Shown here: one piece after another, positions 1 through 11,415 of the stretch
Numbering within the stretch: the first letter of the stretch is position 1
Layout of the letters: each line of letters opens with the position of its first letter
From: Ostrea edulis
Lineage: Eukaryota
Assembly (NCBI RefSeq): GCF_947568905.1
Contig: NC_079169.1
Coordinates: 84,258,001 to 84,322,000 of the forward strand
Direction of reading: 5' to 3'
DNA length: 64,000 nt
Made by a program: the position numbers and the translations under genes
The notes under the pieces: model-generated
Told to the model about the DNA's origin: nothing
What the model saw: only the letters and a program-made list of their open reading frames with translations
Database searches by the model: none

Positions 1-1698
1 TTTTGCAAAAGTTGCCATGCAGATCTGTGTCAAGAATGTGCCTTCAAACACACAGAAAATGAGAACTCTCCACACCACGTCGTAATATACAGCGAAAAAT
101 ACATGCACGCGGAAATTGAAAGCGCACCTGTTCGGGAAATCGAAGAAATGGCAAAGGAGAAAAAGATGACGACGGATATCAACTCCGATGTCCCAACTGT
201 CGACGGGAAGCCTGAAATGTGCAACCTACACCCTAAAATGATCTACGGGATGTGCTGTAAAGAATGCAAAGTACCTTTATGTATTCGATGTGTGAAAGAA
301 AACCACAATGGTCACGTGTTCATCGACACAAGCGAGTTCTATGAACTGGTGAAAGGGGAATTGCAAATGCGTGTTTCGGACATGTGCTCTTCTCAAATAC
401 CACGACTTCAAACGACTCTTAATCAGGCTGTACAGGGGAGAGTGCTCTGTATCGAGGCCTTCCGAAAGGTGAAGTCGGAACTAATCTCAGATACTGATCA
501 GGCAAAGAAACTTCTCAATGAAAATTTGACATGCAATTTAAAAGTTATGGACGACATTGAAAGCATGCTAACCGAGGACTACCTTGAAAGAGAGAGGGAC
601 ATTCAGAACAATTTGTCAGATCTACAAAACGCAGCACAGCGCTATTATGAACTGCAAACGTCACAAAGATGGGCAGAAATGATCAATAACCACTACAGTC
701 AACTCAAAAATCCCAGCGTTAAATTTAAAAACATTGCCCCCGTAGTTTCCCAGATTAATTATAATCGAGATACGACAATGGCATTGGACGACATAAGCAA
801 TTTGTTTGGATGCCTAACAATCCAGCCTGGAAACGTTCAGGAACTGAAACGTATTAAGGAATATACACAAAAGAAAACAAAAATTCAAGTGAAATTTCTG
901 CCAGTCGTTCAGAAGATCATGGACTTTGAAGTGTTGGGCATCGCTCATGCAAGTCACATTTCTTACATCGGGGATGGGATGGCGTTTTTCAGTGACAACA
1001 ATTCTAGACTTGTTCTAGCAAATGTGAGAGGCGAGGCGATGACTGAAAACACTACCATGTTGAATAGTGGTTATGGCTGTCACGCATTAACGCAAGAAAA
1101 AGATCTTTTAATCATAGATCTCCCCAAACATCAGATCTGCAAAATTACGGAGGAGAAGAAGATAATTTCCATTCTCAACACGGGGAAGTGGACCCCGACC
1201 ACCCTCCACTGTTCCTCGCGGAATGGGGACATCTTGGTTGGAATGTTCTTCAAACACGATGCCAAAGTTGTTCGTTACAGTGACAAGGGAAAAGAACTGA
1301 ACGAGAGTCAGAAAGACGCAGACGACAGCAACCTATACCGGAATCCGTGTTACATAACAGAAAACATAAACGGCGATATCTGTGTGTCTGACTGGAACAG
1401 AGAGCGCTTAATTGTCCTTAACAGGGAGGGACAGCACAAGTTTTCTTACTCGGGGAGGGACTCGAGATTTTATCCACGAGGGGTTGTAACAGATGACTTG
1501 GGAAGAATTTTAGTCTGTGACTGTTGGAGCGACACAGTTCATGTTCTTGATCCAGTCGGTCAAAAAATAGCAATAATTCAAACAAAAATCTTTGGCGTAG
1601 AAGGGCCATTGTCAATTTGTTTTGGCACGAAAGGGTACCTGTGGATCGGCAACTGGTTCAACAACGTAATTACTGTTTTAAATGTTACTATGGAATAA
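1..1698 (+). CDS. B-box/coiled-coil/NHL-repeat (TRIM-like) protein, copy 1; 5' end cut off by window start
   Basis: ORF 103-1698 is open back to position 1 and matches 37816-39513. It has a B-box (CNLHPKMIYGMCCKECKVPLCIRCVKENHNGH), a helical coiled coil and NHL-type repeats (PCYITENINGDICVSD, PRGVVTDDLGRILVCD). Ends in TAA; intronless. Confidence 0.9.
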   Translation, partial: FCKSCHADLCQECAFKHTENENSPHHVVIYSEKYMHAEIESAPVREIEEMAKEKKMTTDINSDVPTVDGKPEMCNLHPKMIYGMCCKECKVPLCIRCVKENHNGHVFIDTSEFYELVKGELQMRVSDMCSSQIPRLQTTLNQAVQGRVLCIEAFRKVKSELISDTDQAKKLLNENLTCNLKVMDDIESMLTEDYLERERDIQNNLSDLQNAAQRYYELQTSQRWAEMINNHYSQLKNPSVKFKNIAPVVSQINYNRDTTMALDDISNLFGCLTIQPGNVQELKRIKEYTQKKTKIQVKFLPVVQKIMDFEVLGIAHASHISYIGDGMAFFSDNNSRLVLANVRGEAMTENTTMLNSGYGCHALTQEKDLLIIDLPKHQICKITEEKKIISILNTGKWTPTTLHCSSRNGDILVGMFFKHDAKVVRYSDKGKELNESQKDADDSNLYRNPCYITENINGDICVSDWNRERLIVLNREGQHKFSYSGRDSRFYPRGVVTDDLGRILVCDCWSDTVHVLDPVGQKIAIIQTKIFGVEGPLSICFGTKGYLWIGNWFNNVITVLNVTME

Positions 1699-2751
1699 AT
1701 ATAATAGTTCTCTGCAATCACACTCCTCCCCTTTGCATAATAATCAGAGATGTGAAACAAAACCTTGGTCATTTTTGGCATAGAATAATCTGATCAAGAT
1801 ACACTGTATGTTGACCATCCCCACAATATCAAGGTTTGGGGAGGTACGCAATTCACAAAACCTGGACACTGTAAGGGTGTAGGTTGACTAAAATATCGTA
1901 CTCGTGTAAGGGACTGTTTTCATGTACACCGATTTTTTCAAGAAACAATGATAACAGATTTTACATATATATCGATATGAATACCTTTATAAATGTGCGG
2001 CTATTGATTCTTTTTAATTTAACCCGCAAGTTTTTTTTTTTTACGAAAGCCAAACAGGCTCATTATTGAGAAAGTGAACGAAATTGACTAGTTATAATGA
2101 GCTAGTGTCTCGTTGAAACGAATTAATATCTCGTAATAACGAGTTAATTATCTCCATATTTTATAACAAGGTAATTATCTCGCTATAACGAGACAATTAT
2201 CTCGTTATAAGGCGATAGTATCTCTATAACGAATTGGGTATCTCGTTACAAGGAATTAGTATCTATGGTAACGTTAGAATGTCTCTTCTCTCCAAAAACT
2301 CAATGTAACATTTAGAAATTATTTAAATTGCCAAAAGTAAAGTATGATAGATTCATTCATTATATCGAGAGTGGATAGTGAGATTCTACCGAGGGGGACA
2401 AGATTCATGGTCTAGTGATTATGTGGCTTATAAACGATCAGGGTATAGGTACTCCCTTCAATGAGACAGCGTGTCTTATGTTTTCTTTATAATTTATGCC
2501 TTGTTAAAATTATTCAAGATGGACCTTCCAAAAGAGAAATACCGTCCAAATTAAGGAAATTCACAATGCATTTTAACATTTTGTAGTAAGCAATGACCGT
2601 GCGGATTCGGAACGCGGATTAACGACGCAAAATAACATGCAAATATTCCGTTCCCCAGAAAAATCGTCCGGAAGGTGAAGCTTCCGGATTACCGAGACTC
2701 CACTGTAAGATCCTTTGTTAGTTTATCTTCCGCTCAGCCACTCCTTGAACG

Positions 2752-2789
<38 letters not shown>

Positions 2790-3687
2790 ATTTTATTCAT
2801 TATTTAAGAAGTCGTAAAACCACTTTCCATTTTGAATGCTAATACTTTGACTAATTGAATGAAATTTTCAATTTCCTAAAACTCTTGAAACATTTAAGGA
2901 AATGTTGCGTTCTTAGCGGTACATCAGCTGTGGGGTGAACTACGAAACAAGCTGAAAAGGATTCGTTTTAATTGCGGTACATGGGAATGCTAAGCTGGGT
3001 TTTTTTGGGGTTTTTTTCTCTCTCGAATCAATTTACACGGACCTAAAACGCACTTGAATTTATCTTTTCTGAAAAGAGAGATAACTCGCATAGTGATACA
3101 CAGGCTGTAGTAATTTGAAATATTTGCGTTGAATCTATAACCTAAGTCTAAAGCGCACAAAACTACTGACCTGAATTCAAATGACAGAAATTGTGCATGA
3201 CAACAAAAGTACTTCATAAATGTGTCGGTCTCAAAATGTTTGAAATATAACCTCCTCGGTTTTTATACTTGATAACATTTCTCGACCTCGGAGGTTATCC
3301 TGCAATATCCAGGAAAACGCAATCTTTATTTCTAAAGTATATCTTGTACATGATGTATAATAAACCATTGATGATATTCAAGTCGTTATTTTAAATCGCA
3401 AGCAAATGCGCGCATATAATTACGAGGGACGGTGGTCATCAATACTGTAAAGTTTTATAATTACCGAGGGACGATGGTCATCAATACTGTAAAGTTTTAA
3501 AGGTTGCGTTACGTTTTAGGTTTATTTATTTATTTTGTTGATTTCTTTAGAAAAATAAAAAGACTGTAGCGTTATTACAGAAATATAAAATTAAAGTTTA
3601 ACATATGAAATTATACATTGTCAGTATCGATATGAGCTCTGTAGTGTCTCTTTAACATATGAAATTATACATTTGCATGGGAAATTA

Positions 3688-4336
3688 TGGCAGCTTATTT
3701 GTGCCACTTTACAATTTGTCGTCTTTTCGGGGTGAAAAGACAACAAATCCATAATTAGCGACTTTTCGCCCCTAAATAATGAAAAGACGACAGAACGAAA
3801 AGACGACTAAATGTAGGCGAAAAGACGATAAATAACCCGCAAATTAGCGACCTAACTTTTCGCTTGACGTTTTGTCATCTTTTCGAGGCGAAAAGATGAC
3901 AAAACGATAATTAGCGACTTTTCGCCTCGAAATAACGAAAAGACGACAAAATACAGATTTTCCCGTTATTTTGTTATCTGATTTTCAAGAAATTCAATAT
4001 GAAATTTGCTGTGTTTTCGATAATTATTAATCACATTTACAAAAAGGAAACGTCTAGATCTACTGAAGAAATCTTGTTTTTGTAAATGTTATACCAGGCA
4101 TGATGAATTGGAGGTAGGAGTGGGCAGGGGCCCTGGTTTTCCCCTCTTTTACAATTTATTTTTACACACAAATCTCATATTTTCTACATGCAACGTTTGA
4201 TTGCATTTTGTCGACTTGTCGTCTTTTCGTTATTTCGGGCGAAAAGTCGCTAATTATCGTTTTGTCGTCATTTCGTTCTGTCGTCTTTTCGCCTCGAAAA
4301 GGCGACAAATTGTAAAGTGACACATATCAGCCACCA
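3688..4336. mobile_element. Non-autonomous DNA transposon (MITE) with ~60 bp imperfect TIRs and TA TSD
   Basis: Left end ta|tggcagcttatttgtgccactttacaatttgtcg matches the reverse complement of the right end cgacaaattgtaaagtgacacatatcagccacca|ta. Internal aaaagacgac repeats. Confidence 0.75.
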
Positions 4337-4856
4337 TAGAAAATGGGTCAGGGTGAAGGAATTCCAATTATTCAATTGAAAGAAATGTTTGAGATGGCAC
4401 AGGTGCTGTAAAATGTTCAAAATTTGAAAACGATGAATTTGTATATGAAATTGAGATCGAGGGAACAAGCCTGTCATTTCCATTTTTCTAGCCTATTTAT
4501 CGTCTTGAAAAAGTGAAACCGCCTGTAGCGTTGCACTGCAGTAACATCACTGATCGTGTCTTATATCGATCGTAGTAGATGATATTGACAATTTTTTCAA
4601 CGATCAAGAAAACATTAAAAAAAAAAAAGAACAATAGATGACATAAAATAATCGAAATCGTTTCTTGAAACTCGAAATGAAAACCGTCCTATTGAACCCC
4701 CACCCCACCCTCGGTCAGAACTGAATAACGTACTGTGTAATTTTTTCTGAGTGTTAGAAAACCCGATAGTTCAAATCATAAATTGAACACATTAAAATGT
4801 TTTATCACATATTTACTCCTTAATCTAGCCGATATAACTTTCCAACTCCATACACC

Positions 4857-5372
4857 TGTAGCGGTCAGCCGGGTTCAATCCCCGGTGGCCAAATAGTTCA
4901 GTTGGTAGAGTAGAGCGTCTGACAAGAGATTTAGGGGACCAGGAATCGAGTTCCGGTTTGGTCCGTTGCATTTTCTTCCTTCCTGTTACATTTTGTGCCG
5001 TTGACCACTCCTTAAAATGCAGGTGAAAGTCCTGCCAGGTGCAAAATATCTGGTTTGTTATGTTCGAGAGTGAAGACATTTAAGGAGGGAGGAATGTAGC
5101 GATCAGCCAGGTTCGATCGCCGGTGCCCAGATAGCTCAGTTGGTGGAGCACCTTACTAGAGATTCAGGGGGCTCGGGTTCAATTGCCGGTCTTGTCCGTC
5201 GCATTTTCTCACTTTCGGTTACATTTATCCTGGTCACGGCACCAAATGTAACATGGAAGGAGGAATGTCTCGGTCAGACGGGTTCGATCGCCGGTGGCCA
5301 GATAGCTCAGTTGGTAGAGCATCTGAATCGAATCTTGGTCTGGTCCGTTGCAATTTCTCCCTACCTGTTACA
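4857..5372 (+). mobile_element. Miniature LTR retrotransposon with tRNA-derived LTRs (Helenus-type), three-LTR array, 4 bp TSD
   Basis: LTRs TGT...TTACA at 4857-4990, 5095-5223 and 5266-5372, each with an A box (tagctcagttgg) and a B-box-like motif. A PBS-like ttttgtgccgttgacca follows LTR1; a polypurine tract aaggagggaggaa precedes LTR2 and ggaaggaggaa precedes LTR3. CACC flanks both ends (4853-4856, 5373-5376). Confidence 0.75.
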
Positions 5373-7064
5373 CACCAAATGAACCCGCGATACGCCACAT
5401 TGAACTGGACACAAAACAATTCCATCACAATACAGGTGTAAGAAACACAAGCACATCTAACACTCGAAGTTCCAAGACCCTTAATGTCACAGGAGGCATG
5501 CAGCATTTCCTGAATGGAAATGTACATGATGGAAAATTCATTGTCAACACAACAACAAATCCAAAAAAAGACCACGCTTCATCTATGACACAGATTCGGA
5601 TGACTGACATTTTTCATGAATAACCACACAATTTCTATGCAAAATGTCTTAAAATGTAAGAAATTTTCTCAATTAAAAATTATCTTTTTATGAATTAGAT
5701 ATTGTGATAGTCGATATTTATTCATATTTTCTAATGAACTATTTCTACCGGCGTAATCTTATGAATTAATGTAGTTTGGGTGAAAGTAACCGAAAGGGAA
5801 TATTTTGAAATGCAAATTGAATAGTCTGTTATAATTACATTTGAGAACCATAGATCGTTCTTTTCTATTACATTTAACATATCAATTCGTTCCCTTTATA
5901 AATATTTGACGATCCTTGTCCGTTCTACAATCACATTTGATGATCTTAAATCATTCTGTTTTCCTTGTTCTTTCTCTTTGAATTAAGATACTTGCTTTTT
6001 CTTCCTTACATTTCAAATTCTAGAGTGTTCTCTTTGATTACATTTGATCGTCATTGGCCGGTCTCTTTAATTACATTTTATGACATTTCATCGATTGCAT
6101 TTGACCACCCTATACCGGGCCTCCTATACGCAATCACTCTTCGCTTTTGTTTTACTTGATTAAATTTTCCCCATATCATATAAATAGGACATTTTTCCGA
6201 CATACATATTAAATGGGGCGTATTTCTCTCGCTGAAGGAAAAATGTACCTTTTTAAAAAGCCTTTGTCTTTAGAGTTTGGTTTGTTGTAAAGCGGTAAAC
6301 AGGCAGTCATTCGATGTAGAGCAAATAAAAAGGTATGATCAGTTGTCAATCTAACTGGTGTGTTGGTATGTGCATTATTTGCTCAAAATTTAACTTCCAG
6401 GTGAATCTACACCAATATTCACTTCTCAGTCAATTTATATAGAACATTCACACTCTTTAAAGTCCCTCTTATCCATATTTTAAAAAACAACAATCTTACA
6501 AATGTAACGCAATTGATCAAGGGATTGATTTAAGGGCGGATCCAAATGATATTTGGATTTTGGCCTTTTATAATAAAAATATTTATTTCAAGAAGGTGAC
6601 CTGATTAATGCACGAACTATTCTTCCCCAGGGCCTTCCACTCGATACATACATTTATAAATATACTAGAGTAATCACTTAAAAAAGAGTCTAAAAAGCGT
6701 GAACACAAGGTTGTGTAACAAGATACAGTCTATCTATCACTTAATGTAAATAAATATCAGTAATAAACAATGACAAAATATAATATTCCAGATTCCGATC
6801 AAAGGACAGAAATGCATAGGATTTATACACGAGAAAGAAAAAAAAATATGCTTAAATAGTGGTACGGCAGCTAATAATGTATTTACATGGCCGTAGGAAC
6901 CGCCGGGGGAGGGGGGGGGCACGGGGGGGCGTCCCCCCCCCCAAAAAAATTATTTTTAAGCAGAAAGTTCATTTAATTCAATGAGACTCAGAGTCAGTCA
7001 GTGTGACTGTCCTTTAGCTTAAATAAAAAAAAAATATATGAAAAGGCATCATCCAAAAGGTAAT

Positions 7065-7230
7065 CATGAGGTAATGGTTCGGTTCTCGTTCCCAGCTCCG
7101 CATCTGGCGTCAAACCTATGATATTTAGTGACTGTTCCTTTGCCAAGTGCCCGGCACTAGTGTCGTTTAAAGTCCTTTACCGGTATTTGTTGCCGACTCA
7201 TACGAGTGAAAAAATCTCGCAAGGGACGAC
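7065..7230 (+). mobile_element. Degenerate, internally deleted SINE fragment (related to 23578-23915)
   Basis: Shares tagtgactgttcc...gccaa and gagtgaaaaa(a/t)tctc...gggacg motifs with the intronic SINE. Confidence 0.35.
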
Positions 7231-7649
7231 TGATCAAAAGGTGTCTAATATGTGTGACCTTGACTAACTTTCAAGGTCTAATAATTCATTAGATGGCTTG
7301 TTCATAGAAACTTCGTCTTGATACAAGAATGTCTATGCCCAACTGCCCTAATACCAGTTCAACGTTTGTATATATTTAAAATCTTTTTGTAAAGCTAATA
7401 TGATGAATTGTTGACTTTTTTATCATCACAGTTTTTATGGTAAAGGTAAACCCGACAATGTGTGAAGTACTATTTATCAGTGACGTAACACCCCCAATGT
7501 GACGTAGGTCATGACGTGTAACAACTTTTTCAAAGCTTGTAAAGTCTCCGGCTGTCAAGGCCTGTTTCATTCTTGGTCCAAGAGTAGACACTATCGTATC
7601 AGTGTAAGATCAACCTTCCGCACAGTTTTAACTTTGATTATATTTCACA

Positions 7650-10336
7650 ATGTATGCCCAGTCGGACGAAAGAAAGGCATTTTTCGAAAAAGTGCACGAA
7701 GAAGCAAGGAATACAGGAAAAAAGGGATGGGGGACACTAAGTTTTCTTGTTAGACTCAAAGGCTTAAGAAATATCCTCTTCCAACAAGCATACCTAATAT
7801 CCCAACTTCGAATATTCGAAAAGATGCTGTTTCCTCAGAGCTTTATCCAAATGATGCTCCTTCTGAGCTTATCCCGATTCAGATATATGGTGATGGGAAT
7901 TGTTTATTCAGAACTCTCTCTTTTTTGTGTTTGGACATGAGGACAATTTTAAGGAAATGAGGGTACGAATTGTGTTTGAACTTGTTTCAAACCTGAAGCG
8001 CTACACGAATGAAAACACTTTTGTGACCATGTCCACAAACAAAAGTTCACTTCAATATGTCTTTGAAAGTTCCCTGTCAGAAGAGTGTTTAATTACTGGT
8101 GATTTGATTGCTTCGTTACAAAAGGAAGCAATAAAAACAACCCAGAACGATTACTATTCAAGCCTTTTACATATGTTCGTAACGTTTTGCAGAAACCAAT
8201 CATGTCGATTTTCCCCGAGATGCAAAACCCTGGTGTAAACAGACAAGATCATAATCAGCTTATTGTTTCTCTTGACCGCGCTGATGCTAAAGAATATCAG
8301 GATTATATCCACATCATGTGGACTCAAACAATTGCTACAAAAATAGATGGTTGGACACCTAATCATTTTGTTGCCTGTATTCACAAGCATGAGGAACCTC
8401 TTTCAAAGCGTTCGAGGTTATCCTTTGAGGTTTCTGAACCTCATCGCTCATTTGAACCAAAACAATCACAAGATAGTCCTTCCCTTCTCTTGGAGTCTAA
8501 CACAAATGAGGAGTCTATTGAAACAGGTAAATTGGGGGAAACTGCAAACAAAGAAACAGACAAACATGTTAAGGTTGCTTCTTTTATTGATTCTTCTTTT
8601 TCTTCAGAAGATGATATCTCAGAAATACCAGTTCAAAAAGCCCAGGTTGTACATGAAAAATGGCATACACCAGAGATCGGTAGTACCCCCAAATCAGCCA
8701 CGGAATATTTTCTTTCCAACAAAAAGGTTTGGTAAAAAGATGAGATCTTTCAATGCCTCCTGGTTTGATCGGTGGTCTTGGTTACATTATGTAGAAATCA
8801 AAGATGTTGTATTCTGTTTTCCTTGCATAAAATCATTTCAGAAGAAGACTCTCAGTTGTCACAAGAAAGAAAAAGCTTTCATATCAAGTGGTTTTAAAAA
8901 ACTGGAAAAAAGCAACCACAAAATTCGCCGCACACGAGAAAAGTGATTGCCATAAAGAGGCAATGGAAAGGGAGTTTACGATAAAGGAGGAGGTTAAAGA
9001 TGTTGGAGAATGTCTTTCAAAGACGCACGAAGTCGAGAAGAAGTCTAACAGAGAGAATTTGCTTAAAATCACAAACATTTTGAAGTTTCTTGCTCGACAA
9101 AGAATTGCTCTTCGGGCTGACAAAGACGAGAAAAACTCTAACTTTAATCAACTTCTCATGCTAGAGGCTAAACGCGATCCCCAGCTTCAGGAATGGCTAC
9201 AACGCAAGACATATAAGTATGTTGCTCCAGATATACAAAATGAAATTTTGCAGGTGATGGGGTTGCAGGTTTTGCGACAAATTGTTGCTTTCATCAAATC
9301 GTCTGAATTCTTTTCAATAATGGCAGACGAAACACGAGCAACTTGTTTTATGCATTCGATGCGTTGATCAAAATTTTACCGCTCATGGAGATTTATTAGG
9401 GATGTACTGTCTTTCTGACATTGGGGCTAATTCAATAACCCTAGCAATTAAAGATGCCCTTTTAAGGTTCGATCTGCCTATCAACAAAGTACGAGGCCAG
9501 TGTTCTGACATGGCTGCTTCTATGGCTGGTTCAAAGACAGTGTTGCAACACAAATGCATGCACTTGAACTCAGAGCCCTTTACATACACTGTTATGGTCA
9601 TGCTCTTAACCTAGCTTGCAGTGATTCTATTAAGGGATGTAAGTTGCTTAGAGACACCCTGGACATTCCAAAGGATATAACAAAGTTGATTAAAGAATCT
9701 CCAAGAAGGGAGATGATTTTCAATACATTAAAAAATGCCCAAAATCTAGAGAAAACTTCGGCGGGAATAAGGGTTTTGTGTCCCACAAGATGGACAATAA
9801 AAGCCGACACATGTTTGAGCATTTTGTTAAACTATGAAATTCTAAGCAATGTTTGGGATGAAAGCCTCCAATACGTGCGTGAGGTAGAAATGAGAAACAG
9901 AATTAGGGGAGTGGCTGTTTATATGTGCAGGTTTGATTTCTTCTTTGGGTGTTTACTGAGTGAAAAACTTTTACGTTATAGTGATAATTTGGCAAGGGCT
10001 CTGCAAGCTCCAAATATCTCGGCGAGTGATGGTCAAAAAATGGCATCAACGACAATGAGTGCTTTGCAAAGTCTCCGAGATGAAACAATCTTCACTCAGT
10101 TTTACGAGGAAGTTGTTGAAAAAGCAAAACAGATTAACATCGATGATCCTGTTCTTCCTGGAAAACGCAAAATTCATCGTAAACTTGATGATGGGACAGC
10201 GGCACATACTTTTTCATCGTGTGCAGATATGTATAGGAAAGATTTCTACGACGCATTAGATCTGCTTTTAGCTGGCATAAAATCTAGATTTGACCAACCA
10301 GGTTACAAGCTTATGTTAATCTTGAAAACCTCGTAA
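7650..10336 (+). mobile_element. Decayed hAT-superfamily transposase (ZMYM1-like/DUF4371 type) with N-terminal OTU/vertnin-like domain, copy 1
   Basis: Frameshifted ORF chain 7650-7940, 7900-8238, 8187-8735, 8347-8946, 8888-9367, 9402-9614, 9554-10336. Motifs: GDGNC, WTPNHF, TTF-type Zn finger (WFDRWSWLHY..VFCFPC..WKKATTKFAAHEKSDCH), FFSIMADET, YIHCYGHALNL, LCPTRW. No C-terminal dimerisation domain seen; element termini not resolved. Confidence 0.85.
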
Positions 10337-10914
10337 TTAAGGCTTGCACAGGTCACCCCCCTTCCCCGCTTTTTCATATCATAGCACCAGTGATTGGCAG
10401 TTGAAATGTAAGCTTGAACTGAACCCGTATATTTTACTGATAAAGGATGAAACCGACCCCCTCCCCCATCACGCAACTTAGGATTTTAGGTTCGGCTCGT
10501 ACAGAACAACTCATTTTAGGAGGGGTGTGTGTGTATAAATTATTTTGTTTTGGCTTGTCAAGTATTTTCAGACAATTGTGAAGTCAACTTGTTCGACTCC
10601 CTATAAACCCCCACTTTGATAAACTATGCAATGAGCCTGCTTTCTACAACATAAGCACCGTTTTTCTCAACTAGGCTTCTAAAGGCCTAGTATATATCAT
10701 TATATCCAATACCTCTATGATTATTCAAATTGAATAGACTAATAAATGCATTTATACAAGTATAAGTGCATGGCTCACAGTCACTGTCATGTATTTTGAA
10801 ACAAAACAATACATGAACATTTCATCAGCTATCTCCCACAAACAAGACTTTTATTTACTCCTGCATTCTTATTGTTTACATAGGAAGTACATGTGCATTA
10901 TGGGTAATCAAATG

Positions 10915-11085
10915 ATTAGCAAGTGGTTAACTCGGTTAACACAGTGTTAACTAATCAATGTGTTAAATTGCTTTCGAAAAACAGAATTGAACCATTGTGT
11001 TAGCTAATCACTTGGTTAGGAGTTAACACTGCGTTAAACTTAACCACTGTGTTAAAGTTAACCAGCTTTCGAAAAACCAGGCCCG
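10915..11085. mobile_element. One-ended MITE fragment (gttaa-rich subterminal repeats)
   Basis: Ends in gttaaccagctttcgaaaaaccaggcccgg, a TIR-like end. No matching opposite end was found upstream. Confidence 0.4.
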
Positions 11086-11415
11086 GTACATTATTTTGCT
11101 GGCTTTGTGACGTAACAATGCACTAGTACATGTGTGACGTTAGATTATCTCTTGACGTAATAAATTACTGTATGGCGTTATCAGTATATTGTTATTATCG
11201 TTAGACGTTTCACTTGTATTATGTAATTTTCAAAAAATGGATTGATTTGATACTTCACATATAGCTTTGTTATCAAGAGGGGGAAATCTCTATCGATTTA
11301 GGGGTGAAAAGGTCGCTATGGTTCTTCTTAGAAAAAGCTATTGTGCGGGAATGATCCGCATGCCTGTCGTAGTGATACTATTTTGAAAATGTGTGTTATA
11401 TCAATCACATTTCAG

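Larger units (their letters stand above)
1..9293 (+). repeat. Segmental duplication copy 1 (partner 37816-52885)
   Basis: Colinear and near-identical to 37816 onward (offset 37815 at the start). Homology ends at ...attgttgctttca (9293 / 52885). Confidence 0.95.

Noticed and set aside
4884-5345. Functional tRNA genes (CT-AGA-GA loop)
   Set aside because: No convincing acceptor stem, no Ser-type variable arm, copies are degenerate and embedded in LTR-like units with PBS, PPT and TSD.
6886-10639. catggccgtaggaacc (6886) and ..gagcctg (10639) as the paired TIRs of the hAT
   Set aside because: The two ends do not match as inverted repeats and no shared TSD flanks them; element limits left unresolved.
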